64,000 nt of DNA from contig JBEPZM010000001.1 in assembly GCA_041640835.1 (NCBI GenBank), positions 25,098 through 89,097 on the forward strand, read 5' to 3'. This stretch comes from Blastococcus sp. (GTDB lineage: Bacteria; Actinomycetota; Actinomycetes; Mycobacteriales; Geodermatophilaceae). The notes under the pieces were generated by a model, which saw only the letters and a program-made list of their open reading frames with translations, was not told the origin of the DNA and did no database searches. A program made the translations under genes and the position numbers. Numbering within the stretch: position 1 is the first letter of the stretch; each line of letters opens with the position of its first letter. Below are positions 8,958 to 22,880 of this stretch, in pieces.

Positions 8958-10444
8958 CCACCACAGCCCCGCCGGTGCCGCCGGTGTACCCAGAGAAGAT
9001 CGACGGGGCGGTCCTCCGGATCGCCGGCGTCGTCGTCCTCGGCGCCATCATGTCGATCCTCGACATCACCGTGGTCAGCGTCGCGCTGCCGACGTTCCAG
9101 GAGGTCTTCGACGCCTCCTACGCGACGGTCGCCTGGACCATGACCGCGTACACGCTGGCCCTGGCCACCGTCATCCCGCTCACCGGCTGGGCCGCTGACC
9201 GCTTCGGCACGAAGCGGCTCTACCTCGCGGCGCTGTTCCTCTTCACCGCAGGTTCCGTGCTCTGCGCGATGGCGACCTCCATCGAGATGCTGATCGCCTT
9301 CCGTGTCCTGCAGGGCCTCGGTGGCGGCATGCTGATGCCGCTGGGCATGACGATCCTGACCCGCGCCGCGGGCCCGGACCGCATCGGCCGGCTGATGGCC
9401 GTGCTCGGCATCCCGATGCTGCTCGGCCCGATCATGGGCCCGATCCTGGGTGGCTGGCTGATCGACATCGCCTCCTGGCACTGGATCTTCCTGATCAACC
9501 TGCCCATCGGCATCGTGGCCCTGGCCTACTCCTTCACGGTGCTGCCCAAGGACGAGCCGAGCCCGACCGAGCGGTTCGACTTCCTGGGCATGCTGCTGCT
9601 CTCGCCCGGCCTGGCCCTGTTCCTGTTCGGCGTCTCCTCGATCGCCGAGGGTGGCGAGGGCGCGTCCTTCGGCCCGCGGGTGTGGGTGTCGGCCACGATC
9701 GGCGTCCTGCTGATCCTCGCGTTCGTCGCCCACGCGCTGCGGACCGACAAGCCGCTGATCGACCTGCGGCTGTTCCGCAACCGGCGCCTGACGGTCGCCA
9801 CGGTGGCGATGTTCGTGTTCGTCATCGCGTTCATGGGGGCGGGCCTGCTGTTCCCGTCGTACTTCCTGCAGGTGCGCGGGGAGACCACCCTGATGGCCGG
9901 TCTGCTCATCGCCCCCCAGGGGCTGGGCGCCATGGTGACGATGCCGATCGCCGGCATCCTCGCCGACAAGGTGCCGATCGGGCGCACCGTGCCGGTCGCC
10001 CTGCTGGTGATGGCGAGCGGGTTCTTCGTCTTCACCCAGGTCGGCGCGGACACCTCCTACCTGGTGCTCTGCGGCGCGCTGTTCGTGATGGGCCTCGGCA
10101 TGGGCGGCACGATGATGCCGATCATGACCTCGGCGCTGAAGTCGCTGACCAATCACGAGGTCGCCCGCGGCTCGACGCTGGTCAACATCGTCCAGCAGAT
10201 CGGTGGCTCCATCGGTACGGCAGTCCTGTCGGTGGTCCTGACCAACCAGCTCACCGCGGCCATGCCCGAGGGTGTCGCGCCGCTGGAGTTCATGGCCGAC
10301 GGCTTCGGGACGACGTTCGCCGTCGCCTTCGTGCTCGTCCTGCTGGCCCTGATCCCGGTGGCGTTCCTGCCGCGGAAGAAGGAGGAGTCCCACCTCCTGG
10401 ACGACGAGGACGGCGCGGTTCCGGCCGCGGTCCTGATGCACTGA
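8954..10444 (+). CDS. DHA2 (EmrB/QacA) MFS efflux transporter
   Basis: ILDITVVSVALP, DRFGTKR, FRVLQGLGGG, WHWIFLINLPIG; overlaps the marR stop. Confidence 0.95.
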   Translation: MTTTAPPVPPVYPEKIDGAVLRIAGVVVLGAIMSILDITVVSVALPTFQEVFDASYATVAWTMTAYTLALATVIPLTGWAADRFGTKRLYLAALFLFTAGSVLCAMATSIEMLIAFRVLQGLGGGMLMPLGMTILTRAAGPDRIGRLMAVLGIPMLLGPIMGPILGGWLIDIASWHWIFLINLPIGIVALAYSFTVLPKDEPSPTERFDFLGMLLLSPGLALFLFGVSSIAEGGEGASFGPRVWVSATIGVLLILAFVAHALRTDKPLIDLRLFRNRRLTVATVAMFVFVIAFMGAGLLFPSYFLQVRGETTLMAGLLIAPQGLGAMVTMPIAGILADKVPIGRTVPVALLVMASGFFVFTQVGADTSYLVLCGALFVMGLGMGGTMMPIMTSALKSLTNHEVARGSTLVNIVQQIGGSIGTAVLSVVLTNQLTAAMPEGVAPLEFMADGFGTTFAVAFVLVLLALIPVAFLPRKKEESHLLDDEDGAVPAAVLMH

Positions 10445-10461
10445 CCCACCTCCGCGCCACG

Positions 10462-10498
10462 GCGACGGCCCTCCCGGAACTCTCGGGAGGGCCGTCGC
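10462..10498 (+). terminator. Stem-loop, probable intrinsic terminator
   Basis: GCGACGGCCCTCCCG / CGGGAGGGCCGTCGC perfect 15-bp stem right after the MFS stop. Confidence 0.7.
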
Positions 10499-10572
10499 TG
10501 CGTCCGGGGGGTCCCCGGTCAGGGCAGGATCCGTGCGGGGGCGCGACCGCGCGCCGCGACGGAGGAGGCTCC

Positions 10573-10995
10573 ATGGACCACAGCACGACGGACCACGCGA
10601 TCGAGGCCGTGATCGCCCGCTGGCACCGGTACATGGCCGGCGAGCTCCCCGACGGCCTGGACGAGCTGCTCGCCGACGACGTCGTCTTCTACTCGCCCGT
10701 GGTCTACACGCCCCAGCGCGGGAAGGCCGTCACGACGCAGTACCTCCGGGCCGCGGCGGGAACGCTGGCCGGCGGGGACGGTGGCACCTTCCGGTACACG
10801 AAGGAGGTTCTGGCCGGGCACACCGCGGTGCTCGAGTTCGAGACCAGCGTGGAGGGCAAGTACGTCAACGGCGTCGACATCATCACCTGCGACGACGCCG
10901 GCCGGATCGTCGAGTTCCGCGTGATGCTGCGCCCGCTGCAGGCGATCAACGCCGTCCACGAGCAGATGGGCCGCAGCCTGGCCGCGGGCGGCTGA
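10573..10995 (+). CDS. NTF2/SnoaL-like family protein
   Basis: LDELLADDVVFYSPVV...AVLEF...VNGVD...FRVMLRPL; GGAGGAGG RBS. Confidence 0.9.
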   Translation: MDHSTTDHAIEAVIARWHRYMAGELPDGLDELLADDVVFYSPVVYTPQRGKAVTTQYLRAAAGTLAGGDGGTFRYTKEVLAGHTAVLEFETSVEGKYVNGVDIITCDDAGRIVEFRVMLRPLQAINAVHEQMGRSLAAGG

Positions 10996-11007
10996 CGGCC
11001 GGCCGGC

Positions 11008-11211
11008 TCAGACGTCGACGGCGGTGCGGCAGATGCCGCAGATCTCCAGCTGTCGTCGTCCCCACCGGGCGATCGGCAGGAAGAAGACGGTGACCTGCTT
11101 GACCACGCGCACCCGTGTCCACGTCGTGGTGTTGGCGCAGTTCGGGCAGGTGCGGACAGCCCCGGGGCCGAGCACCCGCTCCTTGCTGCCGAAGCCGAAG
11201 AGGAGGAACAC
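11008..11211 (-). CDS. Small zinc-ribbon protein
   Basis: CPNC...FFLPI...CGIC; TACGGT -10 box 6 nt upstream. Confidence 0.8.
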   Translation of the reverse strand: MFLLFGFGSKERVLGPGAVRTCPNCANTTTWTRVRVVKQVTVFFLPIARWGRRQLEICGICRTAVDV

Positions 11212-11254
11212 CCGGTCACCGTAGGCAGCGGGGCCGGCCGCCGCCCGGTGACCA

Positions 11255-12568
11255 TCAGGTCGCGCGGAGGACCGGCGCCATCCGGCTCGGCGCGACGTTG
11301 TGGTTCAGGTGGAAGACGTTTCCGGGGTCGACGGCGTCCTTCAGCGCGGTGAGGCGGGCCAGTGCGGCCTGCGGGTAGGCGCGGCGGAGCCCGTCCGCGC
11401 CGTCGTCGGACAGGGCGTTGACGTAGACGCCGCTGGCGTGGGGCGTCAGCGCCGCCGCGCTGCGCCGGGCCGTGGCCAGGCGGGCGTCGTCCTCGGCCGG
11501 GTCGGTCCACCGGGCGGCGCCGACGTACTCGAACGCCGCCGACCGGTGGCCGAACGCGGTCGCATCGCCGGGGACGTCCGCGATCGCGCCGCCGTAGGAC
11601 TGCAGGCCGGCCGCGAACGAGGGGTCGGACGCCAGCAGTGCGGCGATCGCGTCGTCGGGGAGCGCGGGGAGGTAGTGCCCCTTCCAGTAGCGGCGCTGCC
11701 GGTGCCCCTGCCGGTCGTCGTCCCGGCGCTGCAGGTCCAGGTAGCTCAGCTCGACGTCGCGCCGGGCCAGTGGCGAGCCCAGGGAGTCCAGGCAGCGGGC
11801 GTAGCGCCTGCCCTCGTCCGGGTCGCCGACCCACACCAGCCCGAGGGTCGCGACGCCCCCGCTCGCCGCGGCCGTGAAGGTCGCCCGGCGCGGCGCCTCC
11901 GCACAGAGATCCCGCCACCGGACGGCCGGCCCCATCGCCGCGTCCACGGGGAAGTCCAGTTCGACCGACAGCGCCCGCGTGCCGGTGCGGTGCAGCCGGA
12001 ACTCGAACGCCGTCACCACGCCGAAGTTGCCGCCGCCGCCCCGCAGACCCCAGAACAGCTCGGCGTTCTCGTCCTCGGAGGCCCGGACGACGTCTCCCGA
12101 GGCGGTGACGACCTCGGCCGACAGCAGGTTGTCGCAGGCCAGCCCGTGCTGCCGCGCGAGCCACCCCATGCCGCCGCCGAGGGTGAGGCCCCCGACCCCG
12201 GTGTGCGAGACGTTGCCCGCCGTGGTGGCCAGCCCGTGCGGCTGGGTGGCGGCGTCGAGGGCGCCGAGCAGTGCGCCGCCCTGCACCTCGGCGCGGCGCC
12301 GCTCGGGGTCGACGCGGACAGCGCCCAGGGGAGTGAGGTCGATCATCAGGCCGCCGTCGGGCACGGCGTGACCGACGATGCCGTGCCCGCCGCCGCGCAC
12401 CCCGACCTCGAGCCCCTCGGCCCCGGCCAGCGAGACCGCGGCGGCGACGTCGGACGCCGACCGGCAGCGGACGACCAGCGCCGGACGGCGGTCCACCATC
12501 GCGTTCCACACCCGCCGGGCGTCGTCGTACCCGGGATCTCCCTCGCGCAGCACCTCTGGAACCGCCAT
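11255..12568 (-). CDS. FAD-binding oxidoreductase (VAO/BBE family)
   Basis: RGGGH covalent-FAD His motif, [29 protein letters not shown]...DPGNVF. Confidence 0.9.
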   Translation of the reverse strand: MAVPEVLREGDPGYDDARRVWNAMVDRRPALVVRCRSASDVAAAVSLAGAEGLEVGVRGGGHGIVGHAVPDGGLMIDLTPLGAVRVDPERRRAEVQGGALLGALDAATQPHGLATTAGNVSHTGVGGLTLGGGMGWLARQHGLACDNLLSAEVVTASGDVVRASEDENAELFWGLRGGGGNFGVVTAFEFRLHRTGTRALSVELDFPVDAAMGPAVRWRDLCAEAPRRATFTAAASGGVATLGLVWVGDPDEGRRYARCLDSLGSPLARRDVELSYLDLQRRDDDRQGHRQRRYWKGHYLPALPDDAIAALLASDPSFAAGLQSYGGAIADVPGDATAFGHRSAAFEYVGAARWTDPAEDDARLATARRSAAALTPHASGVYVNALSDDGADGLRRAYPQAALARLTALKDAVDPGNVFHLNHNVAPSRMAPVLRAT

Positions 12569-12714
12569 CGCGTTCCCTCCCTCGCCGGTCGCCGTCGTGG
12601 GAACGACCGGTGCGCGGCGGAGAACTGATCGGCGTGAAGCACCCGCGTCGGCCGCGCGGACCGGTAGAAAGAGCCGTGCAGGTGTGACCGTCGTCATAGT
12701 CCGAGGGGGACCGC

Positions 12715-15308
<2,594 letters not shown>

Positions 15309-15312
<4 letters not shown>

Positions 15313-16979
15313 GCGTGTCCCGGCCGAGCCCGCCCGCCGTCCCGTCCTACAGCAGCGGAACCTCCACGGTGCCGCTGCTGGGCGACACGATCGGCGCCGA
15401 CCTGGACCGGACGGCGGCACGGGTGGGCGACCACGAGGCGCTGGTGGAGTGCGCCACCGGCCGCCGCTGGACCTATCCGCAGCTGGTCGCCGACGTCGAC
15501 GCCTGCGCGCTCGGCCTGGACGCCCTGGGGGTGCGGAAGGGGGACCGCGTCGGCATCTGGGCGCCGAACTGCGCCGAGTGGGTCCTCGTCCAGTACGGGA
15601 CGGCGAAGCTCGGCGCGATCCTGGTGACGATCAACCCGGCTTACCGGACGCACGAGCTGTCCTACGTGCTGAGGCAGGCCGGCGTCTCGGTGCTCGTGTC
15701 CGCGCCCGAGTTCAAGACCAGCGACTACCGGGCGATGGTGGCCGAGGTGCGGGGCGAGTGCCCCGACCTGCGCGAGGTGGTCTTCCTCGGCGACGACGCG
15801 TGGGAGCAGCTGATGGCCACCGGCCACGCCGGCGACGGGGAGCTGCTGGTGCGCCGCGCGGCGGAGCTCTCGGCCGACGACCCGATCAACATCCAGTACA
15901 CGTCGGGGACCACCGGCTTCCCGAAGGGCGCGACGCTCACCCACCACAACCTGCTCAACAACGCCTTCTTCGTGGGGGAGGGGTGCGGGTACACCGAGGC
16001 CGACCGCATCTGCATCCCGGTGCCCTTCTACCACTGCTTCGGCATGGGCATGGGCAACCTGGGAGCCACCTCCCACGGCGCGACGATGGTCGTCCCCGCG
16101 CCCGCCTTCGACCCGGCCCTGACGCTCGCCGCGGTGCAGGAGGAGCGGTGCACGTCGCTGTACGGCGTCCCCACCATGTTCATCGCCGAGCTGGGCCTGC
16201 CGGACTTCGCCGACTACGACCTCTCCAGCCTGCGCACCGGCATCATGGCCGGCTCGCCGTGCCCGGTGGAGGTGATGAAGCGGGTGGTCAGCGAGATGGG
16301 GATGACCGAGGTGACCATCTGCTACGGCATGACCGAGACCTCACCGGTGTCCACCCAGACCGGCGCGGACGACGACCTCGACCGCCGCACCGCGACGGTC
16401 GGGCGGGTGCACCCGCACCTCGAGGTGAAGGTGGTCGACCCCGGGACCGGGCTGACCCTGCCGCGCGGGGAGGCGGGCGAGTTCTGCACCCGCGGCTACT
16501 CGGTGATGCTCGGCTACTGGGACGAGCCGGAGAGGACCGCCGAGGTCATCGACGCCGCCCGCTGGATGCACACCGGCGACCTGGCCGTCATGGACGACGC
16601 CGGCTACCTCAACATCGTCGGCCGGATCAAGGACATGGTCATCCGCGGCGGGGAGAACGTGTACCCGCGGGAGATCGAGGAGTTCCTCTACACCCATCCC
16701 GACGTCGTGGACGCCCAGGTGATCGGCGTGCCCGACGAGCGCTACGGCGAGGAGCTCATGGCGTGGGTGCGGCTGCGCGAGGGCGCCGAGCCGCTCACCG
16801 CCGAGTCGCTCCGCGAGTTCTGCGCGGGCCGGCTGGCGCACTACAAGGTGCCGCGTTACGTCAAGGTCGTCGACGAGTTCCCCATGACCGTCACCGGCAA
16901 GATCCGCAAGGTGGAGATGCGCGAGGTCTCGGTCGAGGAGCTGGGCCTGCAGTCGGCCGCCGCGCACCGCTTCGCCTGA
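15309..16979 (+). CDS. Acyl-CoA synthetase (AMP-binding)
   Basis: [44 protein letters not shown]; GTG overlaps the BVMO stop. Confidence 0.93.
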
Positions 16980-16998
16980 CGCGGTTAGGTTCCTGACC

Positions 16999-18210
16999 AT
17001 GCCGAGAGCACTGCTGCTCGAGAACATCGATCCGGTCGCGGTCGAGACGCTGACCGCCGCCGGGTACGAGGTGGAGTCCCGCCGTGGAGCGCTGGACCCG
17101 GCCGAGCTGGTGGCCGCGCTCGACGGCGTCACCCTCCTCGGCATCCGGTCGAAGACCCAGGTGACCGACGAAGTCTTCCGGGAGCGGCCCGGGCTGGTCG
17201 CCGTCGGTGCCTTCTGCATCGGCACCAACCAGATCGACCTCGCCGCCGCGGCGGCCTCCGGGGTCGCGGTGTTCAACGCGCCGTACTCGAACACCCGGAG
17301 CGTGGTCGAGCTGGCGATCGCGGAGATCATCAGCCTGGCCCGGCGGCTGATGGACCGGGACAAGGCCCTGCACGCCGGCACCTGGGACAAGTCGGCATCG
17401 GGCAGCCACGAGATCCGCGGCCGCACCCTCGGCATCGTCGGCTACGGCAACATCGGCAGCCAGCTCTCGGTCCTCGCCGAGGCGCTGGGCATGCGGGTCG
17501 TCTACTTCGACCTCGAGGACAAGCTCGCACTCGGCAACGCGGAGGCCTGCGGCAGCCTCGACGAGCTGCTCGAGCGGGCCGAGGCGGTCACGCTGCACGT
17601 CGACGGCCGCGGCGGCAACGCCGGGCTGTTCGGCGCCGAGCAGTTCGCCCGCATGCGCCCGCGCAGCCTGTTCCTGAACCTGTCCCGCGGCTTCGTCGTC
17701 GACCACGAGGCGCTGCGCGACCACATCCTCAGCGGCCACATCGCCGGAGCCGCGGTCGACGTCTTCCCCGAGGAGCCCGCCGAGCAGGGCGACGCCTTCG
17801 ACTCCGTGCTCCGAGGGCTGCCCAACGTCATCCTCACCCCGCACGTCGGCGGGTCGACCCAGGAGGCCCAGCACGACATCGGCCGCTTCGTCGCCGGCAA
17901 GCTGGTCGACTACCTCGCCTCGGGGACGACGACGCTGAGCGTCAACCTGCCCACGGTCGCGCTGCACGGGCGCTCGGTGGAACGGTTCGGGCTGCTGCAC
18001 CGGAACGTGCCCGGTGTCCTGGCCCGGGTCGACGCCCTGGTGGGGGAGCACGGCCTCAACGTCGACGGTCAGGTGCTGGCCACCCGGGGCGAGCTCGGCT
18101 ACGTGGTGACCGACGTGAGCGCCGAGCTCCCGCCCGGCCTGCTCGCGGCGCTGCAGGCGCTCCCCGAGAGCGTCCGGCTGACGACCCACGGCCCGCTGAG
18201 CACCGGCTGA
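16999..18210 (+). CDS. serA: D-3-phosphoglycerate dehydrogenase (E. coli-type, C-terminal ACT domain)
   Basis: GIRSKTQVT, FCIGTNQ, NAPYSNTRSVVEL, GYGNIG, TPHVGGSTQEAQ, HRNVPGVL. Confidence 0.93.
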   Translation: MPRALLLENIDPVAVETLTAAGYEVESRRGALDPAELVAALDGVTLLGIRSKTQVTDEVFRERPGLVAVGAFCIGTNQIDLAAAAASGVAVFNAPYSNTRSVVELAIAEIISLARRLMDRDKALHAGTWDKSASGSHEIRGRTLGIVGYGNIGSQLSVLAEALGMRVVYFDLEDKLALGNAEACGSLDELLERAEAVTLHVDGRGGNAGLFGAEQFARMRPRSLFLNLSRGFVVDHEALRDHILSGHIAGAAVDVFPEEPAEQGDAFDSVLRGLPNVILTPHVGGSTQEAQHDIGRFVAGKLVDYLASGTTTLSVNLPTVALHGRSVERFGLLHRNVPGVLARVDALVGEHGLNVDGQVLATRGELGYVVTDVSAELPPGLLAALQALPESVRLTTHGPLSTG

Positions 18211-18965
18211 TGGACGCCCCCGCGCCGCACAGGTTCGTCGCCCACGTGGTCGAGGAGGCCGCGAACAAGATCCACGAGGACGGCGTCGCCCGGCAGCTCG
18301 GCTTCTCCGGCGCGCTCGTGCCCGGGGTGGAGCTCTTCGCCCGCATCACCACACCGCTGGTGGCCGCCTGGGGTGAGGAGTGGCTGTCCGAGGGCCGGGT
18401 GGACGTGCGTTTCCGGCGGCCGGTGTACGACGGCGAGGAGCTGCTCGTCGAGCTGGCCGACGGCCGGCTCACCGCCACCGGGCCGGACGGCGAGGTGCGC
18501 TGCGTGGGCTCGGCCGACCGGATCGCCGACCCGGCCGACGTAGCCGGCTTCCCGGAGGTGGCGCGCGGGCCCGGGTTGGTGGCGGACCCGGTCGTGGGGC
18601 CGTTCGGCAGCGTCTCCGAGCTGTGCACCGTCGAGCGGAACGAGTGGTACCTCGACGCGATCGGTGAACCCCTGCCGCTGTACCGGGACGAGGGGTGGGC
18701 GCATCCGGGGATGCTGATGAAGGCGGTCCACCGGCTGCTCATGCAGAACGTGGCTCTGGGGCCGTGGATCCACACCGCGAGCGACTGCCGCTTCCTCGGC
18801 GTCGCCCGGTTGCCCGTGGTGCTCACGACGCACGGTCGCGTGACGCACGTCGGCCGCCGGGGCCGGCACGACGAGGTCCGCTACGACGCGCTGGTGCTCG
18901 CCGGCGGCCTGCCCGTGTTCCAGGTCCACCACACCGCGCTGTACCGGCTCTCCACCGAGAGCTGA
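18210..18965 (+). CDS. Double hot-dog fold (MaoC-like) hypothetical protein
   Basis: NKIHEDGVARQLGFSGALVPG, VRFRRPVYDGE, second repeat AHPG...PWIH; TGATG overlap with serA. Confidence 0.75.
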   Translation: MDAPAPHRFVAHVVEEAANKIHEDGVARQLGFSGALVPGVELFARITTPLVAAWGEEWLSEGRVDVRFRRPVYDGEELLVELADGRLTATGPDGEVRCVGSADRIADPADVAGFPEVARGPGLVADPVVGPFGSVSELCTVERNEWYLDAIGEPLPLYRDEGWAHPGMLMKAVHRLLMQNVALGPWIHTASDCRFLGVARLPVVLTTHGRVTHVGRRGRHDEVRYDALVLAGGLPVFQVHHTALYRLSTES

Positions 18966-18979
18966 CCGAGGGGCTGCGG

Positions 18980-21361
18980 TCAGCCCGCGCTGCCGCCGGC
19001 CTGCACCGCCCGCCAGACGCGCATAGGCGTGGTCGGCATGTCGATGTGCCGGACGCCCAGGTGGGCCACGGCGTCGATGACCGCGTTCTGCACCGCCGGG
19101 GTCGCGCCGATGGTGCCGGCCTCGCCGATGCCCTTGGCGCCGAGCGGGTTGTAGCTGGTCGGGGTCTCGCTGGTCACCAGCTCGAACGTGGGCAGCTCGG
19201 TGGCCGAGACGATGGGGTAGTCGGCGAACGTCGACGTCGTCGGGTTGCCGTCGACGTCGTAGAGCACCTCCTCGAGCAGCGCCTGCGCCGCGCCCTGGGC
19301 GAGGCCGCCGTGCCGCTGCCCCTCGGCGAGCAGCGGGTTGATGATCACGCCGGCGTCGTCGAGCGCGATCAGCCGGACGAGCTCGGCCTTGCCGGACTCG
19401 ACGTCGACCTCGACGACGGCGACGTGCGCGCCGAAAGGGTAGGTGGCGCCTGGTGCGGTGAAGACGCTGCGGACGAACAACCGCTCCTTCTCCGCCAGCG
19501 CGGCGAACGAGACCGACGCACCGGGGACGCCGGCGACGCGCAGGCCGGCGAGCTCCCGGTCGACCACCAGGTCGGCGGGGTCGACCTCCAGCTCCTCGGC
19601 GGCCCGCTGCCGGGCCAGCTCGATCAGCTCGCCCGCGGCCTGGCGCACGGCCGCGCCGCCCTGCTGGAGACTGCGCGAGCCCCCGGTGCCGCCGCCCTGG
19701 GGGACCAGGTCGGTGTCGCCCCACTTGAGGGTGATCCGCTCGACCGGGATGCCGAGCTCCTCGCTGGCCAGCATCGCCCACGCCGTCGCGTGCCCCTGCC
19801 CGTGCGGCGAGGTGCCGGTGAGGATGGTCGCCGACCCGTCGGGGTGCACCTCGACCACCGCGTTCTCGTTCGGGTCGCCGGCCTCGGAGCCCGCGCCGGT
19901 GATCTCGACGTAGACGGAGAGGCCCAGCCCCAGCTGCCGGACGTCGCCGCGCTCCCGCCGGGCCGCCTGCTCCGCCCGGAGCCCGGCGTAGTCCGCCGCC
20001 TCCAGCACGGTGTCCAGGGCGGCCGGGTAGTCGCCGGAGTCGTAGAGCGCACCACCCTTGCTCATCCACGGGTCGGTGAAAGGGGCGACCAGGTTCTTCC
20101 GCCGGACGTCGGCGGGGTCCAGCCCGAGCTCGGCCGCGAAGAGGTCCACGGCCCGCTCGATCGCCGCGGTCGCCTCCGGCCGGCCCGCGCCGCGGTAGGC
20201 ACCGATCGGCGTCGTGTTGGTGACCACGCTCTGGAAGGAGGTCTCCAGCACGGGGATGTCGTAGACGCCCGGCGCCATCAGCAGGGTCAGCGAGGGCAGC
20301 AGCGCGCCCATCTTCGGATAGGCGCCGGCGTCCTGGAGCACGTGCAGCCGGTAGGCCCGGATCCGGCCGTCCCGGTCGCCGCCGATCGTGACCGTCTGCA
20401 CCTGGCCGCGGCCGTGCGTCATCGCCAGCATGTTCTCGGAGCGGGTCTCCACCCAGGTGGTGGGCCGGCCGACGTGCTTCGCGGCCAGCGCCACGACGAC
20501 GTGCTCGACGTCGGCGCCGAACTTGCCCCCGAAGGCGCCGCCGACGTCGGGAGTGATGACGCGGACCTGGTCGGCCGGGAGGCCCAGCATGCCGCGCGCC
20601 GCCCGCTTGCTGCCCTGGGCGCCCTGGTTGGGCAGCCACAGCGTCAGCCGGCCGTCCTCGCCCCACGCCGCGGCGGCCGCGCGCACCTCGAGGGGCGCCA
20701 CGGCCACGCGCTGGTTCACGATCTCCTGGGTGACGACGACCGCGCAGTCCGCGAACGCGTCGGCCGTGGCGGCTCCGCCGTCGTCGGTGGCGCCCTCGGC
20801 GGCCGCCAGGTCGTCGCCCGGCGCGGCCGTCGCCGCCTTCGCCGGGCCGGCGAAGCAGACGTTGGTGCCCGCCTCGGGGTACAGCAGCACCTCGCCGGTC
20901 AGCGCCTCCCGCGGGTCGACGACCACCGGCAGCGGCTCGTAGTCGACCGACACCAGCTCGGCGGCGTCCTCGCCCTGGTACAGCTCCTCGGTGAGCACCA
21001 CGGCGACGGGCTCGCCGACGAAGCGGACGACGTCGCGGGCCAGCAGCGGCTGGACCATGGGCTTCGGGTACATCGGCATCGCCGGTCGCTGGGCAGGCGC
21101 GTCGAGGTCGTCGGCGGTCAGGACGGCCACCACGCCGGGCATGCCGGCGGCGGCCGAGGTGTCGATCGCGGTGATCCGCGCGTGCGCCGCGGGGGAGCGC
21201 ACGAAGGTGACGTGCACGGCGCCGGCCAGCCGCTCGTCGACCAGGTCGTCGGTGTAGACGGCGCCGGTGGTCAGGAAGCCGGGATCCTCGGTGCGCAGCA
21301 CCCGGGTGCCGAGGATGCTGCCCCCGGGCAGCAGCCCGCTGGTCGTGTCCGAGATCGCCAT
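18980..21361 (-). CDS. coxL: Xanthine dehydrogenase-family molybdopterin-binding large subunit (form II CoxL-like)
   Basis: [28 protein letters not shown] (form II motif), [14 protein letters not shown]. Confidence 0.9.
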   Translation of the reverse strand: MAISDTTSGLLPGGSILGTRVLRTEDPGFLTTGAVYTDDLVDERLAGAVHVTFVRSPAAHARITAIDTSAAAGMPGVVAVLTADDLDAPAQRPAMPMYPKPMVQPLLARDVVRFVGEPVAVVLTEELYQGEDAAELVSVDYEPLPVVVDPREALTGEVLLYPEAGTNVCFAGPAKAATAAPGDDLAAAEGATDDGGAATADAFADCAVVVTQEIVNQRVAVAPLEVRAAAAAWGEDGRLTLWLPNQGAQGSKRAARGMLGLPADQVRVITPDVGGAFGGKFGADVEHVVVALAAKHVGRPTTWVETRSENMLAMTHGRGQVQTVTIGGDRDGRIRAYRLHVLQDAGAYPKMGALLPSLTLLMAPGVYDIPVLETSFQSVVTNTTPIGAYRGAGRPEATAAIERAVDLFAAELGLDPADVRRKNLVAPFTDPWMSKGGALYDSGDYPAALDTVLEAADYAGLRAEQAARRERGDVRQLGLGLSVYVEITGAGSEAGDPNENAVVEVHPDGSATILTGTSPHGQGHATAWAMLASEELGIPVERITLKWGDTDLVPQGGGTGGSRSLQQGGAAVRQAAGELIELARQRAAEELEVDPADLVVDRELAGLRVAGVPGASVSFAALAEKERLFVRSVFTAPGATYPFGAHVAVVEVDVESGKAELVRLIALDDAGVIINPLLAEGQRHGGLAQGAAQALLEEVLYDVDGNPTTSTFADYPIVSATELPTFELVTSETPTSYNPLGAKGIGEAGTIGATPAVQNAVIDAVAHLGVRHIDMPTTPMRVWRAVQAGGSAG

Positions 21362-21494
21362 GCCCGGAACCTGGCACCCATCCCGCCCCCGTGCAAGGCA
21401 GGACACGCGCAACCGGCTGCCGGGGTGTCCCGTGGTGTGCGGAGCGCCCGCACGGTGTAGACCTCGATCACCACCGTCAGCAGAGGGGCACTCG

Positions 21495-21998
21495 ATGCAG
21501 GTCACCATCACCGTGAACGGCGAGCAGCGCACCGACGACGTCGAGCCGCGGCTCCTGCTGGCGCACTACCTGCGCGAGGAGTGCGGGCTGAAGGCGACCA
21601 ACATCGGCTGCGACACCACCTCCTGCGGCGCGTGCACGGTCATCGTCGACGGGCTCAGCGTGAAGTCCTGCACCGTGCTGGCCGTGCAGGCCGCCGGCGC
21701 GCAGGTCACCACGCTGGAGGGCCTGGCCGCCGCCGACGGCGAGCTGCACCCGGTGCAGGCGGCCTTCCGCGAGGAGCACGGCCTGCAGTGCGGGTTCTGC
21801 ACGCCGGGCATGGTCATGGCCTCGATCGGTCTGCTGGCCGACAACCCTGACCCGTCCGACCGCGAGGTCCGCGAGGGCCTGGAGGGCAACCTCTGCCGGT
21901 GCACGGGCTACCACAACATCGTGCGGGCGGTGCGCACCGCGGCCCAGGCAGGCCCGGCGGCCGGCCGCGTCCCGGGCGCGCAGGAGGTCGACGCGTGA
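21495..21998 (+). CDS. coxS: [2Fe-2S] small subunit, CoxS-like
   Basis: [12 protein letters not shown]...KSC; QCGFCTPG; NLCRCTGY. Confidence 0.93.
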   Translation: MQVTITVNGEQRTDDVEPRLLLAHYLREECGLKATNIGCDTTSCGACTVIVDGLSVKSCTVLAVQAAGAQVTTLEGLAAADGELHPVQAAFREEHGLQCGFCTPGMVMASIGLLADNPDPSDREVREGLEGNLCRCTGYHNIVRAVRTAAQAGPAAGRVPGAQEVDA

Positions 21999-22822
21999 TT
22001 CCGTCGCCCTTCGACTACGTACGCGTCGGGTCCGTCGACGAGGCGCTGAGCGCGCTGGCCGAGCACGGCGAGGACGCCAAGCTTCTGGCCGGCGGGCACT
22101 CGCTGCTGCCGCTGATGAAGCTGCGGCTGGCCGTCCCGACGGTGCTGATCGACATCAGCGGCATCCCGGAGCTGTCCTACGTCCGGGTCGAGGGCGACGG
22201 CGCGGACGCACTTGTCGCGATCGGCGCGGGCACCCGGCACCACGAGCTGGAGCGGGACGAGGTCGCCCGCGCCGAGGTGCCGCTGCTGCCGCACGTCGCC
22301 GGGCTGGTCGGCGATCCCCAGGTGCGGCACCGCGGCACGATCGGCGGCACGACGGCGCACAGCGACCCGGCCTCGGACCTGCCCACCGCGCTGCTGGCGC
22401 TGGGCGGGACCGTCGTCCTGCAGGGCCCCGGCGGGCGCCGGGAGGTTCCGGTGACCGAGTTCTGGACCGGCTTCTTCGAGACGGCGATGTCGCCCGACGA
22501 GCTCGTCGTCGAGCTGCGGGTGCCGCGCACCGGCGCCCTCGGGTGGGGGTACGAGAAGTTCACCCGGCGGGCCAACGACTGGCCGATCGTCGCGGCGGCC
22601 GCCGTGGACGGCCGGGTGGCCCTGGCCAACATGGGCGGGGCAGTCCTGCGGGCGACCGCGACCGAGGAGGCCCTGGCGTCCGGCGCCTCGATCGCCGAGG
22701 CAGCCGCCCTGGCCGACCGGGACACCTCGCCGGTGGCCGACATGCACGCCGACGCCGACTACCGCCGGCACCTCGCCCGGCTGCTCACCCGCCGGGCGCT
22801 GGAGACGGCCGCCGCCGGCTGA
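21995..22822 (+). CDS. coxM: FAD-binding medium subunit, CoxM-like
   Basis: [38 protein letters not shown]; GTGA overlap with coxS. Confidence 0.92.
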   Translation: MIPSPFDYVRVGSVDEALSALAEHGEDAKLLAGGHSLLPLMKLRLAVPTVLIDISGIPELSYVRVEGDGADALVAIGAGTRHHELERDEVARAEVPLLPHVAGLVGDPQVRHRGTIGGTTAHSDPASDLPTALLALGGTVVLQGPGGRREVPVTEFWTGFFETAMSPDELVVELRVPRTGALGWGYEKFTRRANDWPIVAAAAVDGRVALANMGGAVLRATATEEALASGASIAEAAALADRDTSPVADMHADADYRRHLARLLTRRALETAAAG

Positions 22823-22880
22823 CCCCGGACCGGGCGGGACGCGAGTCGCGCGGAACGCCCGTGCAGTCCAGGCTGGGCCG

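Noticed and set aside
18980-22822. True aerobic CO dehydrogenase
   Set aside because: Lacks the form I AYxCSFR motif and accessory coxDEFG genes
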